Of a stretch of 64,000 nucleotides of DNA, positions 9,907 to 17,943 are shown in pieces. The notes beneath the pieces are model-generated. The model was not told the origin of the DNA. It saw only the letters and a list, made by a program, of their open reading frames with translations, and did no database searches. The stretch is taken from assembly GCA_963793265.1 (NCBI GenBank), contig CAWBZI010000006.1:672001-736000 (forward strand), written 5' to 3'. Position numbers and translations under genes: made by a program. The DNA is from an uncultured cyanobacterium. GTDB lineage: Bacteria; Cyanobacteriota; Cyanobacteriia; Phormidesmidales; Phormidesmidaceae. Each line of letters opens with the position of its first letter. The stretch's first letter is position 1.

Positions 9907-11046
9907 TCATACCAAAGCCGGTTGCCGCGCAATCTCTTTTTCAAAGATCCCCAGCGCTCGAATAACCGCCTGATCCATGTTGTAATACTTGTAATCGCCC
10001 AAGCGGCCTGCAAACAAAACGCTGCCGTTGAGCTTTTTAGCGTCTTTAAGATAGAGAGAAAGGCGATCGCGATTTTCAGCTCTTGGAATGGGATAATACG
10101 GATCGTTTCGCCCTGGAATATACGCCTGTGGAAACTCTCTTACAAGCGTCGTCTTTGGCGAAACCTGGCCCGTCAGATACTTCTGCTCAGTAATACGAGT
10201 AATGTCATAGTCGTTAGGATAGTTCACCGTTCCTACTTCCTGATAAAACGCCTGATCCAACGTTTCAAAACGAAAGTCAATACTGCGGTAGGGCATTTCC
10301 CCATGAGCATAGTCAAAGAAGGCGTCAATCGGCCCGGTGCACACCGCTCGATTAAAAGAGATATCGTCTATCACCTCTTTATAGTCCGTATTAAGTAAAA
10401 CCTTGATGTTGGGATGATTGAGCATCTGCCCAAACATTTCGGTGTAGCCCTGCTTTGGCATCGCCTGATAGGGATCTTGAAAATAGCGATCGTCCCGGCT
10501 GATATAAATCGGTACCCGCGCCGTAACGCCACTATCTAGCTCCTCTGGCCTCAGGTTCCACTGCTTTTGCGTATAGCGCAAAAATACATTGTCGTAAATG
10601 TAGTCGGCCAAAAAGCCCAGGTCGCCGCTACTAGACTCCTTGAGCTTCAATATCGGCACCTTTTTACCAAAGCCAAAGTTTTGCAGCAAAAGCCCTTCTA
10701 GCTTTTCGGCATAGCTCGGTGGAAACAGCGCGTACAGCGTATTGAGGTTAAACGGAATCGGTACTTTTTTACCCTCAACGACGCCTAGCACATGATGATA
10801 GTAAGGTCGCCACTGCGTAAATTGAGACAGATAGTCCCACACTTCTTTAGACTTTGTGTGAAAAATGTGCGGCCCGTATTTATGAATTAAATGGCCGTGC
10901 TCGTTGTAGTAGTCATAGGCATTTCCCCCAATATGATTGCGCTTTTCAACAATTAGCACCCGCTGCTCAAGCTGAGTTGCAATCCGTTCAGCGAGCACAC
11001 AGGCCGAGTAGCCCGCCCCAATTATCAACCAGTCAAATTTCATCAT
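9907..11046 (-). CDS. glf: UDP-galactopyranose mutase
   Basis: IIGAGYS...EKRNHIGGNAYD...HKYGPHIFHT, RDDRYFQD, PYYP, GRLGDYKYYNMDQA signatures. Confidence 0.96.
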   Translation of the reverse strand: MMKFDWLIIGAGYSACVLAERIATQLEQRVLIVEKRNHIGGNAYDYYNEHGHLIHKYGPHIFHTKSKEVWDYLSQFTQWRPYYHHVLGVVEGKKVPIPFNLNTLYALFPPSYAEKLEGLLLQNFGFGKKVPILKLKESSSGDLGFLADYIYDNVFLRYTQKQWNLRPEELDSGVTARVPIYISRDDRYFQDPYQAMPKQGYTEMFGQMLNHPNIKVLLNTDYKEVIDDISFNRAVCTGPIDAFFDYAHGEMPYRSIDFRFETLDQAFYQEVGTVNYPNDYDITRITEQKYLTGQVSPKTTLVREFPQAYIPGRNDPYYPIPRAENRDRLSLYLKDAKKLNGSVLFAGRLGDYKYYNMDQAVIRALGIFEKEIARQPALV

Positions 11047-11070
11047 GCTAATCCACGCAACAATATTTTT

Positions 11071-12708
11071 CTAACGAAACGCCACCGTAACCACGTTTGA
11101 ATCCCTTTGGCCATCCGACCGTTCGACGACCGGCTCATCCACCGCCCACCCCGCCGCGCCCGATAGCCGCTGCACCAGATGCTCGGCAACTCGAATAGCG
11201 TTTGCAACAATTGTCAGCGTCGGATTCAGCGCCGCACTAGACGGAAAAAAGCTGCCGTCTACCACATAGAGATTGTCTACATCGTGCGTTTGGCAGTTTA
11301 GATCAAGCACCGAAGTCTGCGGATCTTCTCCAAACCGGCAGGTGCCGCACTGATGTCCGACATCCTTCAGCTCCATTTCTGTTGTGAAGGTCACCGACAG
11401 CGGATCGAGAGACTTTAGCACGCCCTTCCAGCGCTCAATTAGGCGATTAAACGCCTCGTCGTTATTTGGCGTATACTCCAACACAATTTTGCTCTCTTCA
11501 CCAGCACCCTCTAGCCGAATTCGATTGTTTAAATCGGGTAAATCTTCTCCGATTAAAAACCAGGGTGTCGTTCTAGCCGCCGCTGCCTTGAAAATTGCCA
11601 TTGGAATTAGCTTGCTAGGAATAAACGGCGGACTGCTAGTAGCCGCGCGCTCAGCGTTAACGTCTCCAAGCGTTTGAATGTGACCCATAGGATAAGGAAA
11701 GTCTGCCTCGCCCCAGTAATAGTCATTAATCGCCATAGTTTTTGAATAAACTGTCGGGTTCGGCCTGAGCCCCAGTGAAACTAGCGCGCAAATCTTGTGA
11801 CGCATGAAGTTACGCCCAACCAGATCAGAACTGTTGGCTAGGCCATTCGGATGCTGTTCGTTAGCAGAGCGCAAAAGCAGCACCGCCGAGTTGAGCGCGC
11901 CTGCTGAGACAACAACAATATCGGCAGAGAATAAGTAAGTCTCGCCGTTTATTTGAGTCTCTACAGCCGTCACCTTTTTACCCGTCGCGTCCGTGTGCAG
12001 CCGGGTCACCTTAGCGTGCGTCTTAAGCGTGACGTTGGGATACATCATCGTCGGCCTGATCCCATTCACATCTCCGTCAGCTTTGGCATTCACCATGCAA
12101 GGAAACCCATCGCAGGTTTCACAGCGCACGCACTCACTTAAAGATCTATTTGCCTCATTGAGCTTCAGGCCCAAAGGCTGATAGGCAGGATGAAGTCCTT
12201 TCGCCTTGAGCGCTTCACCAATTTCAGCAATCCGGGGCTCGTGGCTAATCGGTGGGAACGGGAACGGTGAATCGCTTGGGGGTTCAGTGGGGTCAGTATC
12301 GCGCAAGCCGTGCACATCAAAGAGCTTTTCGGCCTCGGTGTAATAGGGCTCAAAGTCGCTGTACTTTAGCGGCCATTCAGGCGAAATGCCGCCCTTGTGC
12401 TCCACTTCATCAAAGTCTCTTTCGCGCAGGCGGTAGTGGGCGCTACCGTAAAACTTAGTGTTGCCACCGACAAAATAGTGCGTAAAGGGGCGAAAAGGAT
12501 TGCCGTCTTTGTCGTACCATTCTTCGGCAGTGCGGTAGCGATCGCGCCCATACACTGCTTCCGCATCCCAATTCTCTTTTTCTCTCGGCAAAAAACCACC
12601 GCGCTCTAGCACCAGCACCTTTTTCCCACTCGGCGCAAGCACTCTAGCCAAAGTTCCCCCGGCGGCTCCAGTGCCGATGATGATGATGTCGTAGTCGGTG
12701 CTTTGCAT
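11071..12708 (-). CDS. GMC family FAD oxidoreductase
   Basis: IIGTGAAGG FAD loop, VGGNTKFYG, HQCGTCRFG, NLYVVDGSFFPSSAALNPTLTIVANA. Confidence 0.92.
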   Translation of the reverse strand: MQSTDYDIIIIGTGAAGGTLARVLAPSGKKVLVLERGGFLPREKENWDAEAVYGRDRYRTAEEWYDKDGNPFRPFTHYFVGGNTKFYGSAHYRLRERDFDEVEHKGGISPEWPLKYSDFEPYYTEAEKLFDVHGLRDTDPTEPPSDSPFPFPPISHEPRIAEIGEALKAKGLHPAYQPLGLKLNEANRSLSECVRCETCDGFPCMVNAKADGDVNGIRPTMMYPNVTLKTHAKVTRLHTDATGKKVTAVETQINGETYLFSADIVVVSAGALNSAVLLLRSANEQHPNGLANSSDLVGRNFMRHKICALVSLGLRPNPTVYSKTMAINDYYWGEADFPYPMGHIQTLGDVNAERAATSSPPFIPSKLIPMAIFKAAAARTTPWFLIGEDLPDLNNRIRLEGAGEESKIVLEYTPNNDEAFNRLIERWKGVLKSLDPLSVTFTTEMELKDVGHQCGTCRFGEDPQTSVLDLNCQTHDVDNLYVVDGSFFPSSAALNPTLTIVANAIRVAEHLVQRLSGAAGWAVDEPVVERSDGQRDSNVVTVAFR

Positions 12709-12746
12709 AGTTGTGTTCCTTAAGATAATCCCTTTATCGAATCGAG

Positions 12747-13589
12747 CTAAACAGTCAGCACTGCCTTATCAGCTTCCTTCTCCATTTGCCTTTGCGCACA
12801 GTCTTTATTTGTCTCCACAACGCCCACCTTGCGCAAAATGCGATCGCTCAACTCAGGCGAAAACTGAGAAAGCGCTACAAATACCTTATTCGTCAAACCG
12901 TCCAGCATCACCTCGGGCTGATTCTGCAAAATCACCTGAACCACCACATCCGCAACAGCCTCAGGCGGCGTCACCTTCATCCCCTCAGGAGCCTCTGTTT
13001 CCAAAGCGTGAAACATCCCCGCGTCCGTAATCCCAGGGCACACCACCGAAACATTTACAGGCGAATCCGACAGCTCCAGCCGCACCCCTTCCGACCAGTT
13101 AATCAGCGCCGCTTTCGTCGCAGAATACACGCTGTTAAAGGGCGCGCCTCGCTTACCGGCTCCCGAGGAGATGTTGACAATGTGCCCTGAAGCTCTAGCC
13201 AACATGTCAGGTAGGAGCAGGCGAGCCAGCGCCATCGGAGCCAAAATATTAGTTGCCGTCATCGTTTGAATGTCGTCTAGCGAATAGTTTTGAAAGGCTC
13301 GAAACTTCTCAATAGCCGCGTTGTTGATCAGCACGTCTACTGACCCCATGCGCTGTTCTATTTCACTGACTAAATCAGGCATGTCTTGGATGTTTTGCAG
13401 GTCGAAAGGGAGCGCGATCGCCCGGCACCCGCTGTCTTCCAAAGTTTGAACAAGGGCATCCAAAGGCGCAGGCGATCGCCCCACGCACACCACATTCGCC
13501 TTTTGATCAGCTAGAGCCTTTGCGATCACACTCCCAATACCGCCAGCCGCGCCCGTCAATAAAACAGTTTTTTGAGCCAGTGTTTTCAC
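12747..13589 (-). CDS. Short-chain dehydrogenase/reductase
   Basis: TGAAGGIG, INNAA, catalytic YSATK. Confidence 0.92.
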   Translation of the reverse strand: MKTLAQKTVLLTGAAGGIGSVIAKALADQKANVVCVGRSPAPLDALVQTLEDSGCRAIALPFDLQNIQDMPDLVSEIEQRMGSVDVLINNAAIEKFRAFQNYSLDDIQTMTATNILAPMALARLLLPDMLARASGHIVNISSGAGKRGAPFNSVYSATKAALINWSEGVRLELSDSPVNVSVVCPGITDAGMFHALETEAPEGMKVTPPEAVADVVVQVILQNQPEVMLDGLTNKVFVALSQFSPELSDRILRKVGVVETNKDCAQRQMEKEADKAVLTV

Positions 13590-13594
13590 AATTA

Positions 13595-14770
13595 CTATCT
13601 CCGAGAAAGATTGAGTTCTACAGGTTGAGCCACTTCAGGTTGCCAGAGGTCGTCACTAGAAAGAATCTCTTCTAAAATGTCTACGACTTCAAAAGCGGCC
13701 CGGTTACGATAGCCGTTCACACGGGCCTGCACTTGGGCAAACCTCTCAGGCTGCAACAGCGCCGCTAATGCCTCGTCTATCTGCCCAAAGCTAGACACCA
13801 CCGTACCAAAGTCGTTTTGCCTCAGCCAGTCAGCCGTGGCCCGCTCTTGAAAAAGGGTCATCACGTTGTTGCATTCGGTGACCACAGGCAGGCCCAGTGC
13901 GATCGCCTCACTCACCCCAACGCTCCCCGGCTTGCCTATAAAGAAATCAGCCGTCTTCATCAAAGTCGGTAGCTCCTTAGTAAAGCCTTCTACGTGCTTG
14001 ACATAGCGAGTCGGCAGCTCTCGTAGCGCCTCAGCAAGCCGCTGATTACGACCGCACACAAAAATAAGCTGTAGCGGCTGATTGCCCTCGTTTAGCCGCT
14101 GAGCAATCTCCAACATTTCCTGCGATCCGTGGCTACCAAAGCACACCAGCCCCGTTGGCAAATCAGGGTGCAGCCCTAGCCTCTGCCGTTGGGCCACCGG
14201 ATCGACCGTGACCGGCTGATCGTAGCGGGGATGAATCACCACGCCCGAGGTATGAAAAAGACTCTCATCCGCATAGCCCATTGCTTTCGCCTGCTGTGCG
14301 ACCGTAGCAGAAGGGCAGATCATGAGCTGGTCTTGAGGCTCGATCCAGAAGTGTTCAGGGCAGTCGGCAAAGTCTGTTACAGAGGTGATAAAAGGCGTGC
14401 CCGGCAGCGCTTTCCCGACGCTTTCGCACAGCACCCGATTCATCAGGGGCATTAATGAAACCACCATATCGGGCTGCTGCTGCTGCCAGTATTTTGTCAG
14501 CTTCTTCATCCATATGCTGTGCATAACCTGAATGCGAGCTTTGAAAATCGGCACAGAAATTGGATCGTTGATCCGCTTGGCCCACTTGCGTTTGAGAATC
14601 CAGGTGTTGTAAAAGTGCTGTGCAAACGTGGTGTCTAAAACATCTTCGAGCACTTCCACAATTTCGACCTGCCAGGGCAAACCGCGACTCTCAATTACTT
14701 CTTTTAGCGCATTAGCGGTACTGCGATGCCCTGCGCCCATATCGTAAATTGCGAAGATTACTTTTTTCAT
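13595..14770 (-). CDS. Second GT28 / MGDG-synthase-like glycosyltransferase
   Basis: MGAGHRSTA, QPDMVVSLMP, FVCGRNQRL, DFFIGKPGSVGVSEA; clearly paralogous to 8565-9806. Confidence 0.88.
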   Translation of the reverse strand: MKKVIFAIYDMGAGHRSTANALKEVIESRGLPWQVEIVEVLEDVLDTTFAQHFYNTWILKRKWAKRINDPISVPIFKARIQVMHSIWMKKLTKYWQQQQPDMVVSLMPLMNRVLCESVGKALPGTPFITSVTDFADCPEHFWIEPQDQLMICPSATVAQQAKAMGYADESLFHTSGVVIHPRYDQPVTVDPVAQRQRLGLHPDLPTGLVCFGSHGSQEMLEIAQRLNEGNQPLQLIFVCGRNQRLAEALRELPTRYVKHVEGFTKELPTLMKTADFFIGKPGSVGVSEAIALGLPVVTECNNVMTLFQERATADWLRQNDFGTVVSSFGQIDEALAALLQPERFAQVQARVNGYRNRAAFEVVDILEEILSSDDLWQPEVAQPVELNLSRR

Positions 14771-15669
14771 AATGAAGTTAGAGGAGTCGGTTGTTTTACG
14801 GGAGCAGGCAGCGGAACTTCTTTGCAGGCTGTTGATTGGTTGGCCTTCTGACGATTGCTTTGAGTGATACCAAGCCAGTCGTTAGAAAGGTCGGCTAGCA
14901 CAGGAAAAATCTGTTCTAGCGCCAGCAGCAGTCGAGTCACAGCTTCTATCCCCCAGTTTTGATTGACAATTACCTCACGGCGGCGATGCAATACCGCATT
15001 GAGAACAGCTTTTGCCACGGTTTGAGAGTGCGATCGCCCCGCCAAAAAAGGCGCTTCTACCCCGGTATCAGCCAGCATCCCCTGGTCAACTACATACCCT
15101 GGACAAATGGCAGACACGCCAATTTGCGAACCAGCAAGCTCCTGGCGCAAAGAGTGATTCCACATCAACAGACCAGCCTTACTTGCCGCATAGGCGCTGT
15201 CAAAGGGATGGCCTTTCTTACTTGCCAAAGAGGCCATATTCACCACATGCCCCTCACCGTTCATCTGCGGCAACAGCAGCCGAGTCAGCGCCATCGCCGC
15301 CAGCAAATTCACCCGAACCACGCGCTCTATCTCGTCTAATCCATAGTCTTGAAAGGCTCGGTAGATTTCAATACCAGCATTGTTGATCAAGATATCAACC
15401 CGGCCCGACGCCATGTTCTTAGCCCGCTGATCAATCTGCCGGGAAAGCTCAGGTATGCGAGCAGTCTCGTTGAGATCGAAAGCAATACCGACCGCCTGCA
15501 CACCATATAGCTCAACGCTTGCTTGCCAGCTATCTAGCTGAGATTGAGATCTGGCAATGCCGATAATGTGGACACCCTGCTGCGCAAAAGCTCTCGAAAT
15601 CTCTAAGCCAATACCGCGCGAGGCTCCGGTCAATACGGCTGTTTTTCCTGACAGTGATAGTCTGTTCAC
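14767..15669 (-). CDS. Short-chain dehydrogenase/reductase
   Basis: TGASRGIG, INNAG, YAASK; paralog of 12747-13589 (IEIYRAFQDY vs IEKFRAFQNY). Confidence 0.92.
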   Translation of the reverse strand: MNRLSLSGKTAVLTGASRGIGLEISRAFAQQGVHIIGIARSQSQLDSWQASVELYGVQAVGIAFDLNETARIPELSRQIDQRAKNMASGRVDILINNAGIEIYRAFQDYGLDEIERVVRVNLLAAMALTRLLLPQMNGEGHVVNMASLASKKGHPFDSAYAASKAGLLMWNHSLRQELAGSQIGVSAICPGYVVDQGMLADTGVEAPFLAGRSHSQTVAKAVLNAVLHRRREVIVNQNWGIEAVTRLLLALEQIFPVLADLSNDWLGITQSNRQKANQSTACKEVPLPAPVKQPTPLTSL

Positions 15670-17540
15670 GAACCCGTTCCTCCAACTATTGCAGGTTGAG
15701 ATCTTGGCACCTTCAAATCAGGCAAATACCGTCCGCCTAGCTCTATCTGCGAGGTTTCTATTCCCTGCTCAATTCGGTTAAGCAAATAGGACAAATCGCT
15801 AGCCAGCAGATTAATCCCATGATCAGGTTCTACCATGCCCACCAGCGACAAAGGCCGCTGCTTGCTGCTTGCAAGCTGATGAATGCTCAAAAAGTTGAAC
15901 ACCCCTGACTCGTAGGTACCGCAGGGAACTGCTGGATTTTCGACGCCTGCAAAGTCTTCTTGATCGCCAAACCAGTCCCGATCTGGGTAGCCGTGAAAGT
16001 GAATAATGGGCGCGCCGTTTTCGATGAGTTCTGGCGTGTAGAGCGCCGTTGCTAGCGCGATCGCAATCATCACATACGTATCATAAGAAGGCTTGATATC
16101 GGTCTTAGTAACATCAGCCCCTTCAGGCACCTGCAACTGCAACCTATCGTTGATTCCAAGCCGCACAATGTCGCGAGCAGGATCTAAGTTTGTTTTGTCA
16201 GCTCCCGAGCGCGAGCACACTAGCCAAATATCAGGAATCTGTTTGTAAATGGTTTGACTGCCAATCTGCGTTTTAAGATATCGTCGGCCTGCTTCGTTTT
16301 GTCTGATCTCTTCAAAAGAAAAGCCTGCCACGGGCGCAAGAGACTGCCAGTCTTCAGCAAAAATTTCTACAGCACCAAAATACTGTGGCGGCTCGGCATA
16401 GGCAACAAATCCGTAAGAGACGCCCGTTCTACCGTTGACGATCGCACTTACAATGTCGCGATGCGATCGCCTGCGAACCACTTCAGCCAGCTTAAAGCCA
16501 GAGGGGAACAGACCTGTTGTCGCTAAAGATTTGCTAAGGTCTATCAGCTTTTGAGCATAGGTAGAACGCTGAGGTGCGTAGTGGCCCAGATTAAAGCGGC
16601 TGAGGGGTAAAGGCGCAATGGGGACGTAGATTTTAGGGATGAGCGATCGCAGCACAAACGACTCAAGCTTCTCTCTATCAAACAAAGAATCCGACAGATT
16701 CATGTTCAAAATAGAAATTTTGTCAGCCGATACACCAATCACAATCTCTGAGAACTGACTGACCAGCGTATTTACGCCCAGCGCAATCTTTTGAGCATAG
16801 GGTAATTCAGCCTCTACAAAGGTTGGGTCTATCTCAGTGAGCAGCACCACCTGAGTCGCCGTCGGATCTTCTAGCCGTTGAATCGCATGGTCTTCGGCCC
16901 AACCAATTCGCTGGGTAATTTCAGCCACCGAAGCCGGAGCCCCTCGCCACGCTGAAAACTTATACAGGTTCTCAGCAATATAGCTTTTGGCTTTGTTGAT
17001 AGGACGCTCTACATCAATCACCGCGCTAATATCGCTGCGAACCACCGACATCGCAGGCCGTTTGTCTATCGGCAGTTTAGCCACTAGCGGCCCCACCACA
17101 GGCGGCAAATAGTAAAACTCGCGAGTCGCATCGGCCCAGGGCACAATCTCAACGCCATACGCTTGCAAAGTAGTTTCTAGCGCACACCGTAGCTGCAAAA
17201 CGCTATCGGCAATCTTTTTATGCGGTGGCAGCGGGCGAAAAGTCACGCTTAGCTGCCTGGCCATCACCTCTGGATCGACCACAGGAGAAGCATCTTGCCC
17301 GCCGCCAATAAGCTGCCCGATAGTGCGCAGGCTCAGACCGCTAGACGTTGTGCTATTAGCTGCTGGGCCTGTTGTTTTTTGCGTTAAAAGCTGAAGAATC
17401 TCAGCTTTATTTTCAGCAATATCAGCCTTAAGCTGCGGGCTTAACGATCCTTTGGGCGCGTTAATGCGCAACTTGTCACGATCGGCCCATAGCCGGACGC
17501 CTTTACTATCGAGTTGGTGAATCAGTTGCGCAATTGTCAT
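15666..17540 (-). CDS. Protein with N-terminal TubC-N (beta-hairpin) docking domain and C-terminal class II aldolase/adducin-like metal-binding domain
   Basis: N-terminus MTIAQLIHQLDSKGVRLWADRDKLRINAPKGSLSPQLKADIAENKAEILQLL matches TubC-N docking domains. C-terminal RSGADKTNL...KPSYD...IIHFHG...PCGTYE...EPDHG parallels the class II aldolase pattern. Confidence 0.65.
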   Translation of the reverse strand: MTIAQLIHQLDSKGVRLWADRDKLRINAPKGSLSPQLKADIAENKAEILQLLTQKTTGPAANSTTSSGLSLRTIGQLIGGGQDASPVVDPEVMARQLSVTFRPLPPHKKIADSVLQLRCALETTLQAYGVEIVPWADATREFYYLPPVVGPLVAKLPIDKRPAMSVVRSDISAVIDVERPINKAKSYIAENLYKFSAWRGAPASVAEITQRIGWAEDHAIQRLEDPTATQVVLLTEIDPTFVEAELPYAQKIALGVNTLVSQFSEIVIGVSADKISILNMNLSDSLFDREKLESFVLRSLIPKIYVPIAPLPLSRFNLGHYAPQRSTYAQKLIDLSKSLATTGLFPSGFKLAEVVRRRSHRDIVSAIVNGRTGVSYGFVAYAEPPQYFGAVEIFAEDWQSLAPVAGFSFEEIRQNEAGRRYLKTQIGSQTIYKQIPDIWLVCSRSGADKTNLDPARDIVRLGINDRLQLQVPEGADVTKTDIKPSYDTYVMIAIALATALYTPELIENGAPIIHFHGYPDRDWFGDQEDFAGVENPAVPCGTYESGVFNFLSIHQLASSKQRPLSLVGMVEPDHGINLLASDLSYLLNRIEQGIETSQIELGGRYLPDLKVPRSQPAIVGGTGS

Positions 17541-17582
17541 GGTGTTGAGATCTCTACTTAGATCTGTAGTTAGGTCTTTGAA

Positions 17583-17927
17583 CTAAATCTCAAAGAGGTC
17601 GCTATCGTCAGTAGCGAGTTCTTCAACAATGTGAGCCGAAAGAGAGTCGATGGTAGGACAGTTCCAAATGACGAGCGGAGAAATTTCAAGACCGAAGCGC
17701 TGCTTGCCCTGGGTGGCGATCGCCATTGCCTGCACGGAATCTAAACCATAGCTGTGAAAGGGCGATCGCGTATCGATATCATCCGCCTCTATGCCGAGCT
17801 GTCCGGCCACTTGTTCAGCGAGCCAGTCTTGAATATCAGCTAAGTCCATTGGCAAACTTTCACTGAGTCCAGGCACGGTAGGAGAAGTATTTTTAACGCT
17901 TTGCTGAGCTGTTGATGGAGTAGTCAT
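17583..17927 (-). CDS. Standalone acyl carrier protein with acidic C-terminal docking motif
   Basis: IQDWL...FHSYGLDSVQA phosphopantetheine site, PTIDSLS, C-terminus DDSDLFEI. Start could be 17978. Confidence 0.88.
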   Translation of the reverse strand: MTTPSTAQQSVKNTSPTVPGLSESLPMDLADIQDWLAEQVAGQLGIEADDIDTRSPFHSYGLDSVQAMAIATQGKQRFGLEISPLVIWNCPTIDSLSAHIVEELATDDSDLFEI

Positions 17928-17943
17928 GGTCGTAAAAACACCG

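Noticed and set aside
8565..14770. Housekeeping membrane galactolipid or MurG function for the GT28 genes
   Set aside because: They are embedded in a coupled PKS operon and duplicated, and cyanobacterial MGDG is made by a different route.
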